The position numbers and the translations under genes were made by a program. Of a stretch of DNA of 64,000 bases, positions 1 to 9,813 are shown piece after piece (positions within the stretch are counted from its first letter, which is position 1; every line of letters starts with the position of its first letter). Under the pieces are notes generated by a model. That model saw only the letters and a list, made by a program, of their open reading frames with translations, did not search any database and was not told the origin of the DNA. Source of the DNA: an uncultured Lachnospiraceae bacterium (GTDB lineage Bacteria; Bacillota; Clostridia; Lachnospirales; Lachnospiraceae); assembly GCA_934351255.1 (NCBI GenBank), contig CAKRJH010000003.1, positions 120,588 to 184,587 of the forward strand, in the 5' to 3' direction.

Positions 1-1165
1 CCTTCTCGATAGCCTCCAGGATGTCCTCGGTACTCGGATTCATCGTCTGTCCGCCTTCGATCACGTAGTCCACGCCCAGATCCTCAAAGATAGCCTTCAA
101 ACCATCTCCGACAGAAACCGCAATAAAACCGGCCTCCTTACGTGGCATGGAAGCAGCTTCCTGCGCCTCTTCTTTCTGGCGCTCGGCTACCTTCTCAGCA
201 TCCCGGATCACTTTTTCCTGATGCTCCTCACGCATATTATCAATCTTCATGCTGGTGAGCTGGCCATAGGTCAGTGCCTTCTGGATCGCCAGACCCGGAT
301 CGTTCGTATGCACGTGAACCTTGACGATATCGTCATCAGCCACCACGACCACACAGTCTCCCAGACTGTTTAAGTAGGCCTTGAGTTCCGGCTCCACCTT
401 GTCATTCTCCTGTGGCATCATGATGATAAACTCGGTACAATATCCGAATTTGATGTCATCCGCCGAGGAATCCCCTGTGCCAACCTTGCCTGCAGCCGGT
501 GTTGCGATTGCATTGATGTCTCCCAGTGAGATATCTACTTCATTGCCCTTGAGAGCCTCCAGTACACCGTGCGCAAATGTCATAAGCCCCTGTCCGCCGG
601 AATCTACCACACCGGCCTGTTTCAGTACCGGAAGCATCTCCGGTGTCTGCTTCAGGACCTCATCCATGTGATCGACCACGATCTGTGAAAACTCCACCAG
701 ATCACTGGTCTCTCCTGCTTCCAGAAGTTCTCTGGACTTGTCCGCACCGGACTTGATCACAGTCAGGATGGTTCCTTCTTTTGGCTTCATGACTGCCTTG
801 TATGCGGTGTCTGCCGCGCGGATAATGCCATTGCCCAGCTCCTTTACCGTAATGATATCACATTTCTTGACTTCCTTGGTAAATCCACGGAAGATCTGGG
901 AAAGGATAACACCGGAGTTGCCGCGCGCCCCTCTCAGAGAACCGCTGGACATCGCCTTGGACAGGTTCTCGATGGTCGGCTCATCCTGGCCCTGCACCTC
1001 CCTGGCAGCCGCCATGATTGTCATTGTCATATTGGTTCCGGTATCTCCATCGGGAACCGGAAATACGTTTAATTCGTTGATCCATTCTTTGTTTGCTTCC
1101 AGCGCCTTGGCTCCAGCCAGAAAACAACGCTGCATTAACGAAGCATCCATATTCTCTACCTTCAC
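1..1165 (-). CDS. DAK2-domain protein (YloV/FakA-like fatty-acid kinase subunit). The 3' part lies beyond the window edge.
   Basis: Manual minus-strand translation from GTG at 1165 (SD GGAGGA 7 nt upstream) gives MKVENMDASLMQRCFLAGAKALEANKEWINELNVFPVPDGDTGTNMTMT..., which is the DAK2 signature. It lies downstream of asp23, as in the conserved rpmB-asp23-yloV arrangement. The track shows no minus ORF here because the gene runs off the edge. Confidence 0.75.
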   Translation of the reverse strand, partial: MKVENMDASLMQRCFLAGAKALEANKEWINELNVFPVPDGDTGTNMTMTIMAAAREVQGQDEPTIENLSKAMSSGSLRGARGNSGVILSQIFRGFTKEVKKCDIITVKELGNGIIRAADTAYKAVMKPKEGTILTVIKSGADKSRELLEAGETSDLVEFSQIVVDHMDEVLKQTPEMLPVLKQAGVVDSGGQGLMTFAHGVLEALKGNEVDISLGDINAIATPAAGKVGTGDSSADDIKFGYCTEFIIMMPQENDKVEPELKAYLNSLGDCVVVVADDDIVKVHVHTNDPGLAIQKALTYGQLTSMKIDNMREEHQEKVIRDAEKVAERQKEEAQEAASMPRKEAGFIAVSVGDGLKAIFEDLGVDYVIEGGQTMNPSTEDILEAIEK

Positions 1166-1200
1166 TGTTTGTTCCTCCTCAGGGTCACATCATTTATACA

Positions 1201-1581
1201 TCAGTCATCAATGTCGCGGACACCTTCCACGATCACCGTGATCTTCTCCACTTCCATACCTGTCTGTGCCTCTACACGGCCACGGACATTCTCGATCAGG
1301 TTGCGGGAAACTGCCGGAATGTTCACGCCATATGCAGCGATCACATGCAGCTCAATCTTCAGGCGGTTATCGACAACTGCCAGAGCAACACCTCTGCTGA
1401 CATGCTCCTTCTTCAGCAGATTGGTAACACCGTCTTTGACATTTACAGATGCCATTCCCACGATACCAAAGCATTCCATCGCCGCAGATCCCGCATATTT
1501 GGCCAGGACTTCCCTGTCAATGACGATACTGCCTTTTCCGTTATCCATCTTGCCTTTCATGGTTTTACCCTCCATTTCCAC
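1201..1581 (-). CDS. Asp23/Gls24-family alkaline shock protein
   Basis: 126-aa ORF with an Asp23-like sequence (VIDREVLAKYAGSAAMECFGIVGMAS...IAAYGVNIPAV...). It sits between rpmB and the DAK2 gene. Confidence 0.85.
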   Translation of the reverse strand: MEMEGKTMKGKMDNGKGSIVIDREVLAKYAGSAAMECFGIVGMASVNVKDGVTNLLKKEHVSRGVALAVVDNRLKIELHVIAAYGVNIPAVSRNLIENVRGRVEAQTGMEVEKITVIVEGVRDIDD

Positions 1582-1874
1582 AAAATCAGTTCACTTTTTC
1601 GCACTGAGTCATATTATATTATACCCTATATATTTCAAAAAGGAAACAAAATTATGTGTCATATGTTGGGATTTATTCTCTTTTGGCTCGGAATCGGTAT
1701 GACGATCATGTTTTTTATCCATAATACGGCGTTTGCCGTCTTTCTGATCATCCTTTGTATCTTCCTGGGATACCAGCTTTTCTGCCACTGACATCAGGAA
1801 CGTAAAAAGGACCGGTTCTCACCGATCCTTCCAGGTTCCTTATCCATTCAATCTATCGTCATGGAGTGACGTAC

Positions 1875-2060
1875 TTACGCACGCTCTACTGCTCCAGAAC
1901 GTAAACATCCTGTACATACGGACATCTTCTTTGTTCCGCCGTTTACCTTAACCTTAACAGACTTGATATTTGGCTTCCACATCTTGTTGCTTCTTCTATG
2001 TGAATGACTCACTGCGTTACCAAAATGAACGCCCTTACCACATACTGCACATTTTGCCAT
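1875..2060 (-). CDS. rpmB: 50S ribosomal protein L28
   Basis: MAKCAVCGKGVHFGNAVSHSHRRSNKMWKPNIKSVKV... The in-frame ATG at 2060 has SD AAGGAGG 8 nt upstream. The track ORF begins 3 codons earlier. Confidence 0.9.
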   Translation of the reverse strand: MAKCAVCGKGVHFGNAVSHSHRRSNKMWKPNIKSVKVKVNGGTKKMSVCTGCLRSGAVERA

Positions 2061-2145
2061 CGTAAGCACCTCCTTAACTTATTTTGTCACAACATGCTTA
2101 TTCTACCAAAACTTAACATGAAATGCAAGAACAATTTTTAAAAAT

Positions 2146-2517
2146 TTAATCTTCGACCTCAACATCGATCTTTTCCCCGGCATTTGCACTCTTTCCGGTA
2201 AACTTCTCGATCACATCCGGAACCATATCCAGGATCTTGGTCATGCTGTCCTGATTCTTGACATTGACCAGACGGGTCTGCCCATCCTTGATGACCAGGA
2301 TCGCGCTCGGCTGGATCTTTCCACCCATACCGCCGCCGGCCTTGTCCTTTTTGTCCTCCGAGAACGCTCCCGCGCCCACGCCAAATGATACATCTACCAG
2401 CGGCAGAATGATCGTGCCATCGTCAAATTTTACGGCATCTCCCACCACCGTCTTGGTAGTCAGAAAGCCATCCATGCCCTGAAACAGGCTCTTTACAGTT
2501 GTGTTAAAATCTGCCAT
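2146..2517 (-). CDS. ytfJ: GerW/YtfJ-family sporulation protein
   Basis: Sequence is YtfJ-like (MADFNTTVKSLFQG...GAFSEDKKDKAGGGMGGKIQPSAILVIKDG). Start ATG 2517 overlaps the TAA stop of the upstream ORF (TAATG coupling), with SD GAAGGAGAA upstream. Confidence 0.75.
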   Translation of the reverse strand: MADFNTTVKSLFQGMDGFLTTKTVVGDAVKFDDGTIILPLVDVSFGVGAGAFSEDKKDKAGGGMGGKIQPSAILVIKDGQTRLVNVKNQDSMTKILDMVPDVIEKFTGKSANAGEKIDVEVED

Positions 2518-3359
2518 TATACGTTCTCCTTCCATCTACGCTGTCTTGCGCGAAACGCCTTCCAGGTCTGCCCCAGAAAAACACGTCCGGCAATGATCAC
2601 GGCTGTGATCAGCCGCAATCTGCCTGCCACGTACAGCTCTGTCTCCAGAATCTTTTCCTCAAAATCCGGCCGGATCGCAAACTGTGGCGGGAGCATCCCG
2701 TACAGACAGGATATGGCTCCGAGCAGCATGCCGGTCTGGCAGGGATCTCCCGTGCCAAAATGCACCCATCCTCTGATTCTGTGAGGCCTGATATGTTTCC
2801 AAAAATACACGATCTGCGACCAGAGCAGTTTCAAAAACTCCCGTGTTGCCTCATCCTTCGCAAATTCTCCGGTAACGGTTACCTTATGAAGTTTCTCCTG
2901 TGCGGATAGTTTTATTCTATCCAATCGCCTGATAAAGCGCAAGCGCTTTCCCTGTTTTTTAGCAACAGAATCTTCCGGTGCGGGTTCATCCGCCTCCGGC
3001 TTCCCGCTTTTCGGTGATTCTGCACCCTGTTTCGTTGTTTCCGCATCCTGCCTTACTGAATTGTGACCGGAATCCGCCGGTTCTTCGCCGTCATATCCCT
3101 CATGATCTGCACAATCCGCGGCCGCGGAATCCTTCTTCCGGCCTGCGCGCTTCTTTTTTCTCTGACAGGATATGCCAAAGATCCGTATCTTCTGAGTGAC
3201 TGTCCCCTGCGCATACTCCACAAAGATCCGCAGCACCACGCCTGCCCAGGTCACTCTGACCCGGCACATCGTCTCCTGTTCCTTCTTCAGATCGATCCGG
3301 TAATGAACCGGCACGAACAGAACCGACAACACCACCAGGACTAGCAGCCCCAGAATCAC
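2517..3359 (-). CDS. YtfI-like membrane protein (DUF2953-type), operon partner of ytfJ
   Basis: N-terminal TM helix then RIDL...RVRVTWAGVVLRIF, similar to B. subtilis YtfI. The stop is coupled to the ytfJ start. Family assignment is from memory only. Confidence 0.5.
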   Translation of the reverse strand: MILGLLVLVVLSVLFVPVHYRIDLKKEQETMCRVRVTWAGVVLRIFVEYAQGTVTQKIRIFGISCQRKKKRAGRKKDSAAADCADHEGYDGEEPADSGHNSVRQDAETTKQGAESPKSGKPEADEPAPEDSVAKKQGKRLRFIRRLDRIKLSAQEKLHKVTVTGEFAKDEATREFLKLLWSQIVYFWKHIRPHRIRGWVHFGTGDPCQTGMLLGAISCLYGMLPPQFAIRPDFEEKILETELYVAGRLRLITAVIIAGRVFLGQTWKAFRARQRRWKENV

Positions 3360-3416
3360 CAGCAGCAGGATCCCAATCCATTTGAGAATCTTTAGTATGA
3401 TCCAGATAATCGCCAG

Positions 3417-3758
3417 CTACTCCACCTCCCCGCCAAAGAAACGATGAAACAGTGACGCCGAGATCTCGCCATAGCAGGCATAGACATCCCGGCTGATCCG
3501 CTCGACCTGCTCCCAGGCACTCTCCCGGGAGACCGCCATCCCCACGATCTCGACTCCCCTGTCCCTGTGATAACCAAACCACAGTTCTCTTGAGGAATAG
3601 ACATCCAGACTGTTTGCCGGATTGGAGGGCAGGGTAATGCAATATACGCCCTGTAGCAGTCTGCCCCGTTCCAGTATCTTTCGATACCGGGCCGGGCGGC
3701 GTGAAACTTTCTCATCCATATACAGTTTGGAATTCCAGTTCAGCATATGCCCCTCCAT
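3417..3758 (-). CDS. hypothetical protein (113 aa)
   Basis: ORF in the same orientation and operon context as its neighbours. No recognisable domain. Confidence 0.35.
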   Translation of the reverse strand: MEGHMLNWNSKLYMDEKVSRRPARYRKILERGRLLQGVYCITLPSNPANSLDVYSSRELWFGYHRDRGVEIVGMAVSRESAWEQVERISRDVYACYGEISASLFHRFFGGEVE

Positions 3759-3773
3759 TCCTGTCCCCGTCGT

Positions 3774-5147
3774 TTAGTTCTGCATCAGGTCCGTCAACAG
3801 CTGCTTGGCTGCGGTCTTCTCCGCCTCGTCGTCACACATCTGTAAGGACATTGAAATATAATCTGCCACCTCCTGCGGTGTCGTAAAAAACACCGGCATC
3901 TTATCTAATGTATTTGCCATGATCGCACGGCGAAGCATCCTGCTCTTCGTCTTAAATGACGCTTTGAGTTCGTCGATCAGTGCCGCCGCCACTTCTTCCG
4001 TATCCTGCGATGTCACCTTTGTATCATCGGCTTCCTCCTGAAGCGGTGCAAAATGGCTGCCGGAAGAAAGGACCTGCAGATCCTGCAGTTTCCGGAATTC
4101 TCCGGCCAGTCCCTGCTTCTCGATCTCATCCGCCTGCGCATCGCAGGTTTCCTCCAATACTGCATCCAGCATGGTCATTCCCTCATAGAACTGCTCCTGC
4201 ATTCCCTCGATTCCCGGAAAATACTGTGCCAGTTCCTCCAACTGTTCCTGAGCGTCCTCCGGCTCCTCCACAAACAGCCTGTGGATTCCACGGATCATCT
4301 GTCCCATGCCCGGGATCTTCGGCGCATCGGCCAGATGCCCGCCGGTCAGTACCAATGAATACACTCCGTTGATCAGCTGCGCCAGCAGCATATACAGATC
4401 AGAAATATCATTGAGTCTGGATGCACACACCCGGATCTTCTCCGCATAAATATCATAAAGTTCTTTGGTGATATGTTCATAATCCAGGGATCCCAGTTCC
4501 TCGATCACCGGCGCGAACTCTGTAAAATATCTGTCCATCCCCTCTGCACGGTACAACATGGCATTGGTGCGGAACATATACAAAAAGCTGTCCAGGGAAC
4601 TTCTGTCAGATCCCTTGTACACGGAAATGCTGTCACGGATCACATCGTAAAACCGGCTGCGGGTCATCCTCACCGGAAGCTGGCCGATCGCCATATGGAT
4701 ATGATCATTGATCGCCATATTATCTTTCGTACTGAAGATAAAATTGACAAGCTGCTGTGCAAAGGCCGCATCATCCGGCATCTCCTCCGGAGTCTCAAAG
4801 CGGTACTGCACCCTGTTGAGCACATATTCGTAGAGAACAAACTGGTCTACATATGTAGAAAGAACCTGCATCTTGTCCGTAACTTCCTGCCGGAGAGCTC
4901 CCAGAGATCTGCAAAGTTCCTCTCTGGACGCCTCATTCATGGAAGCCAGTGGCTGTTCTTCATCAAACACACGCCCCACGATCTCCAGAAGCTGCTCATG
5001 ATTGTCTCTGGCCGATTCGATATATGGATTGATCCCCTCTGAGATCAGCTCATAAAACACATAATAATTCATCATAAGCTGCACGCCGGCATATCCGGCG
5101 TGGCTGTGCATGGATTTTTTGATATATTCCTGCAATGTCTGTTTCAT
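3774..5147 (-). CDS. hypothetical protein (457 aa), acidic and helical
   Basis: Long uninterrupted ORF immediately downstream of the large glycosyltransferase gene. No family recognised. Confidence 0.5.
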   Translation of the reverse strand: MKQTLQEYIKKSMHSHAGYAGVQLMMNYYVFYELISEGINPYIESARDNHEQLLEIVGRVFDEEQPLASMNEASREELCRSLGALRQEVTDKMQVLSTYVDQFVLYEYVLNRVQYRFETPEEMPDDAAFAQQLVNFIFSTKDNMAINDHIHMAIGQLPVRMTRSRFYDVIRDSISVYKGSDRSSLDSFLYMFRTNAMLYRAEGMDRYFTEFAPVIEELGSLDYEHITKELYDIYAEKIRVCASRLNDISDLYMLLAQLINGVYSLVLTGGHLADAPKIPGMGQMIRGIHRLFVEEPEDAQEQLEELAQYFPGIEGMQEQFYEGMTMLDAVLEETCDAQADEIEKQGLAGEFRKLQDLQVLSSGSHFAPLQEEADDTKVTSQDTEEVAAALIDELKASFKTKSRMLRRAIMANTLDKMPVFFTTPQEVADYISMSLQMCDDEAEKTAAKQLLTDLMQN

Positions 5148-5171
5148 ATTCTGAGATATTCCTTTCTGTTA

Positions 5172-8100
5172 TTACCAGGTCTGCAACAGGACCCAGCTCT
5201 TAAACCATTTCAGAAAATGTTCTGCATAACTTACGGTACAAGGTGCACCGCTGATCACCGGATAGAACATGATGAACAGCCCCACTGCCAGTGCCGTGTA
5301 AATAAACATGTATTTCTTCCACTTCGGATGCGCCTGCACCAGTCTGAACATGGTATATCCGATCATGATCGTCACAAACGGAACACTTGGGAAATAGTGA
5401 TAGATAAATACCACTCGGGTTACCAGGAACCATGGTGCGTACTGGGACAGATATCCCAGGCTCAGGAAGATCGCATTGCGGTCTCTCCTGGCAATACTCA
5501 GATACAGCATATAGGCAAACGCCGGAATGCCGGCCCACCATACCAGTGGATTACCGAACGCACTGATTCCCTCTCTCACGGTTCCGGAGATCACACGGGA
5601 GTAATACCACATTGGGCGGTACATGATTGGCCACTGCCACCAGGTCGAAGAATACGGATGTTCCGCATCGAGTTTGCTGTGGTAGTCAAACATCGTCTTC
5701 TGCGCCTGGATCACCTTCTGGATCAGCGTGCGGTCTGTTCCGTCATTGAACGGAATGTAGGACAGCACGTAGATCAGCACCGGAACTGCCACAAAGGCAA
5801 TACAGCAAAAGCCGATCGTCTTCCAGAATTTCGGAATGAAGGTATCTACCACTTCCTGATGGGAAATGCCAAGGGTCGTGCCCTTTGGATTCTTTGCCGC
5901 CTGCAGATATTCCACAAACCGGCGTCCCATCTGCACAAAGAAGATCACTGCCAGACCTGCGGATGCATAGATGCCTGTCCACTTGCTGGCCCATCCAAGT
6001 CCCATGGCCACACCGCAAAGTCCCAGCGGCACGAAGGTTTTGGACAGCTTGGTGTCGTAAAAATTCATCTGTGTATAGCAGTACATGAAATAATACGAGA
6101 TGATGATAAATGTCGTGACGAACACATCGATCGTCGCAATACGTGTCTGCGTGAAATGCATGAAGTCAAACGCAAACAATATCGTCGTGATCGCGCTGAT
6201 CCATGTCTCCTTAAACATCTTTTTGGCAAACAGATACATGAACGGAAGCATGATCACGCCAAACAGTGTTCCCATGAAACGCCATCCAAACGGACACATT
6301 CCGAAGATCATGACACCGACTGCCATCAGCTCCTTGCCCAGAGGCGGATGTGTATTTTCGTAACAGTACAGCTTGTGGATCATCTCATAGGCGGTACGTC
6401 CATGATAGATCTCGTCAAAGTAAGTACCGTTCATCTTGGTCGCTTCCCCGGTGAACAGATCCTGCTCGTCGAACAGCGTCGCATAGTCACCGGCATTGAC
6501 CGGCTCCAGCAGATTGCCTGAAGCATCGGTAAATGCCAGTTCCATCAGGCTGTCGCGGTAACCGTCTACCGCTGCTATCTGCAGATATCTGGTCTGCAGG
6601 CTGATCTGCGTATCATTCCACTTGAATACACTGCCGGAATCCCACTTGCCGTTGGTTCCATCGTACAGTGCAGTCCATCCGGCTGCGGGATCCTGTGTAT
6701 ACAGGATACTGTAACCATAGTTATTCTGGTATCCCAGATAATCCCAGATCTTGTCAATATTGACTGTCTCACCAAAGTCCAGCGTAATCGCACCCTGTTC
6801 AAAGGAAGAATACTCCGTCTGCGGCGCATCCATATCCCCCAGATTGGTAAATGCAACGACTGCATAGACCAGCGTGATGACTGCCACCATGATAAAATCC
6901 CACTTAAGCATCTTCACCGCAGGTGCGGATGGCTTGAAGTATCTGTCGGTCTGGTGTTCCTGCGCCTTCTGCTGTTCTCTTCTGGTCAGAGATCTGCTGC
7001 CGGAACGGTTTTTTTTCTGTGAACCGGCTGCCTGCACCTGATCTGTTTCCAGATTCTCTTTGGAATATCCCGAGATCGTATTCCAGATAAACCATGCCAC
7101 CATACAGACACAACACAGAGCGGTAAATTTGACCGGTCCGTTGTCGATCGTCTCCCAGGTAGCATCGTAGAAGAACAGCGCATACGCACAGTTGAAAAAT
7201 GCAACTAAAGAAACTGCCATATAGGAAATATATGTGTCTTTTCTCGGCTTGGCACAATATGCCAGAAGAAGCATGACAACCGCCGGGAAAATGTATCTCT
7301 CATGCATACGCACGGACAATGAGAATACCAGGATGTAAATAAACGCTCCGAAATAGTAGTATTTGGACTCGTCCTTTTTGCAGCGGATGCCAAAAACGAT
7401 AGATGCAACCACCGTCAGTATCAGAAATGCACTGCCCCAGATCCTTGCCTGGATTCCGAGAAGAGTCTCTGTCTGTGCATGCCAGTTCTTTCCGATCAGC
7501 GCCCAGAAATTGTAGGCATTGACCGAACAATACTCATAGGAACCGAGGGTCTCGGTATACTGTTTGAGCGCCTCCGAGAAACCAAACGGAAGCATCAGAA
7601 GGCCGATCACGCCGATGGCAGCCAGTCCAAGTCCCAGGTTGATCCCGAATTTCTTCCAGTTGAAGTCTTCCAGAAAGACCTGATCGATGATCGCCAGAAT
7701 CAGCACCGGCGCCAGCATCAGTGACTGCGGCTTGATCAGAATGGACACTGCAAATACAAAGTAAGATGGGATCAGCTTCTTCCGTGTGATCAGATAAACC
7801 ATCCATACCAGGAAGAATGTGAACACACCATCTGTCTGTCCCCAGACTGCACCGTCCAGGATCACGATCGGATTGAACAGATACAGCGCTGCGATCCAGG
7901 AGGAGGACACTCTGGTAAATCTCCGGGATGCCACCCGGTAGATCAGATAACCGGTTCCGATATCTGCCAGGATCGCCGGCAGCTTGGTGATGACATTGGT
8001 CATCGTGGATCCCCACTCACAGCCAAACAGTTTGCGCAGTGCGCCGCAGACATACAGGATATAAATATATCCCGGTGGATAATCCGCAAATCCCTGTCCG

Positions 8101-8378
8101 GTATAAAATGTCTTAAATCCGTTGTTGACTGCATAATCTGCCCAGCCTACGAAACAGTTCATATCGGTCTCATGACCACGATATACTGCAGCGGCGATCA
8201 GTCTCACCAGAAGACCGGCGCCAAGTACCAGAAGCAGTACCGTCATTCCCAGATTCTCATCGGTATCTGCTCCTTTTTTGCGGACGTCCCTGCGGACCTG
8301 ACCGCCTGCGGTGACCGGTTTGTAGGCCAGCCACATGATCACAGCGGCAATCAGTCCGATCAAGATAATCTTTCCCAT
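5172..8378 (-). CDS. Large polytopic membrane glycosyltransferase with two GT-C-like domains. The C-terminal domain is GT39/PMT-like (phospholipid-carrier-dependent).
   Basis: 1068 aa and very hydrophobic. The C-terminal half carries ...YENTHPPLGKELMAVGV..., diagnostic of PMT/GT39-type GT-C enzymes. The N-terminal half is a second polytopic GT-C-like module (ADYPPGYIYILY...). The antisense + ORFs inside it were ignored. Confidence 0.7.
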   Translation of the reverse strand: MGKIILIGLIAAVIMWLAYKPVTAGGQVRRDVRKKGADTDENLGMTVLLLVLGAGLLVRLIAAAVYRGHETDMNCFVGWADYAVNNGFKTFYTGQGFADYPPGYIYILYVCGALRKLFGCEWGSTMTNVITKLPAILADIGTGYLIYRVASRRFTRVSSSWIAALYLFNPIVILDGAVWGQTDGVFTFFLVWMVYLITRKKLIPSYFVFAVSILIKPQSLMLAPVLILAIIDQVFLEDFNWKKFGINLGLGLAAIGVIGLLMLPFGFSEALKQYTETLGSYEYCSVNAYNFWALIGKNWHAQTETLLGIQARIWGSAFLILTVVASIVFGIRCKKDESKYYYFGAFIYILVFSLSVRMHERYIFPAVVMLLLAYCAKPRKDTYISYMAVSLVAFFNCAYALFFYDATWETIDNGPVKFTALCCVCMVAWFIWNTISGYSKENLETDQVQAAGSQKKNRSGSRSLTRREQQKAQEHQTDRYFKPSAPAVKMLKWDFIMVAVITLVYAVVAFTNLGDMDAPQTEYSSFEQGAITLDFGETVNIDKIWDYLGYQNNYGYSILYTQDPAAGWTALYDGTNGKWDSGSVFKWNDTQISLQTRYLQIAAVDGYRDSLMELAFTDASGNLLEPVNAGDYATLFDEQDLFTGEATKMNGTYFDEIYHGRTAYEMIHKLYCYENTHPPLGKELMAVGVMIFGMCPFGWRFMGTLFGVIMLPFMYLFAKKMFKETWISAITTILFAFDFMHFTQTRIATIDVFVTTFIIISYYFMYCYTQMNFYDTKLSKTFVPLGLCGVAMGLGWASKWTGIYASAGLAVIFFVQMGRRFVEYLQAAKNPKGTTLGISHQEVVDTFIPKFWKTIGFCCIAFVAVPVLIYVLSYIPFNDGTDRTLIQKVIQAQKTMFDYHSKLDAEHPYSSTWWQWPIMYRPMWYYSRVISGTVREGISAFGNPLVWWAGIPAFAYMLYLSIARRDRNAIFLSLGYLSQYAPWFLVTRVVFIYHYFPSVPFVTIMIGYTMFRLVQAHPKWKKYMFIYTALAVGLFIMFYPVISGAPCTVSYAEHFLKWFKSWVLLQTW

Positions 8379-8400
8379 GATGTTCTCTCTCCTTCACTCT

Positions 8401-9315
8401 CTATTGGTCTGATTTTTTCACATGTTGATGCGTGTACAGATGATCTGTACAGTACTCATAATTCCCCTCGCACTTGGAGCAGTACCGGAATTCCAGCGTA
8501 GGATCGTCCAGCTCGGTACGCCCACAGATGGCACAGCGGTGTCTCGCACCTTTGCCCGGCTGTCCCTGGCGCATCTTGCGGCGGAATTCCTGTTTCCTGT
8601 GAATCTCTTTGGGCGAAACCTTCCGGTAGTCCCGGGTCGTGAAAAAGAAGATCAGGAAATTGGCCAGCGCTACAAGGATAGCCACCGCACCGCTGATAAA
8701 TACCGCGCTGTAGCTTGTCCCACGGAACAGGACTGCATAATACAGATACCGGATCACCATGTATCCCAGATACACACCGTCCAGCATCGCAAGCCATTTG
8801 ACTTTGATCGGGATCAGGAACCACAACATCAGCTGAAGATTCGGATTGACCGCGGCAAACGCAAAGAACATGGCCCAGTAGATATACTGGAATCCGGAGG
8901 CATATACACTCACATGTGCCGGACTAAGATACAGGATCAGGCCTGCCAGCACATTAAAAAACCATCCCGCGAGCATATACAGATTGAACCGGAAGGTTCC
9001 CCAGGCACGCTCCAGAGACCGGCCAAACAGCATAAAGAGGTTGACCTGGATCAACAGAAACAGGATCTGGAACACAATGCCGCCCGTGGCCGTCAGCCCG
9101 TACGGCTCGATCAGGAAGGTAAACAGTCTCCAGATCTGCCCGCGAAATACCTTGTTGTAATCCAGGGCCAGAAACGTGTCATAAATGCCCACACTCTGCG
9201 TAGAATCATACAGACCGAGCACCGCTCCCGCCACGTAGACCACCATAACATACCGGATCAGATCCGGTATCGCATATTTGCCAAATTTGCGTTCCAGTTT
9301 ATCGATAAATTTCAT
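8401..9315 (-). CDS. polytopic membrane protein with a C-terminal zinc ribbon
   Basis: Multiple TM segments and C-terminal CAICGRTELDD...CSKCEGNYEYCTDH. The start was taken at MKFIDK (third codon of the track ORF). Confidence 0.5.
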   Translation of the reverse strand: MKFIDKLERKFGKYAIPDLIRYVMVVYVAGAVLGLYDSTQSVGIYDTFLALDYNKVFRGQIWRLFTFLIEPYGLTATGGIVFQILFLLIQVNLFMLFGRSLERAWGTFRFNLYMLAGWFFNVLAGLILYLSPAHVSVYASGFQYIYWAMFFAFAAVNPNLQLMLWFLIPIKVKWLAMLDGVYLGYMVIRYLYYAVLFRGTSYSAVFISGAVAILVALANFLIFFFTTRDYRKVSPKEIHRKQEFRRKMRQGQPGKGARHRCAICGRTELDDPTLEFRYCSKCEGNYEYCTDHLYTHQHVKKSDQ

Positions 9316-9408
9316 ACACACTTGTCCCTTCTTTTTCTAAAAAACATGACATATAGGTATAGAAACCCAATATGTCATGTTATATTATAATGTTGCCTTA
9401 TCTCTTTG

Positions 9409-9672
9409 TCAAACGCGACGGTATACTATGATCTTCTCCCATTTTCCCTGTGCTAATTCCTCCGGAGTCGGTGGATTGTCGGGCTTCTCCGGCTTATTCA
9501 TCTCCGTCTCCGGAACCGGCAGGCAAAGGACATCTCCCGCCTTCATGTTGTAGACATCGATCGTAGGGTTTGCTTTTAACAAGGAAGACAGAGAAATGTT
9601 CTTTTTCACGCTGATCCCATACAGGGTATCTCCCTCCATCACAGTATAACTGGCATATGGACATCTGGCCAT
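9409..9672 (-). CDS. LysM-domain protein
   Basis: YTVMEGDTLYGISVKKNISLSSLLKANP...GDVLCLP is a LysM motif. Confidence 0.6.
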   Translation of the reverse strand: MARCPYASYTVMEGDTLYGISVKKNISLSSLLKANPTIDVYNMKAGDVLCLPVPETEMNKPEKPDNPPTPEELAQGKWEKIIVYRRV

Positions 9673-9813
9673 AACGCGCTCCAATTTCTAAATTATTACT
9701 TAATTCTATTCCATTGCCGTTTATTGGTGATTGCATTGGCCAAAAAATTGTCTTATAATAGGAAAATGTGACGATTTGGGGTCACTGTGTATTCAGAAAG
9801 GATGTACTTACTT

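Noticed and set aside
381-1791. + strand ORFs at 381-671, 738-1241, 1093-1791 and 1169-1702.
   Set aside because: They are antisense to the DAK2 and Asp23 genes, whose minus-strand translations are clearly homologous.
5100-6521. Long + strand ORFs inside large minus-strand genes (for example 5100-6521, 8422-9390, 41282-42451, 43126-44109, 46153-47076, 52825-53784, 54302-55615).
   Set aside because: They are antisense to confidently assigned genes in GC-rich DNA, have no SDs and give low-complexity translations. They are treated as spurious.
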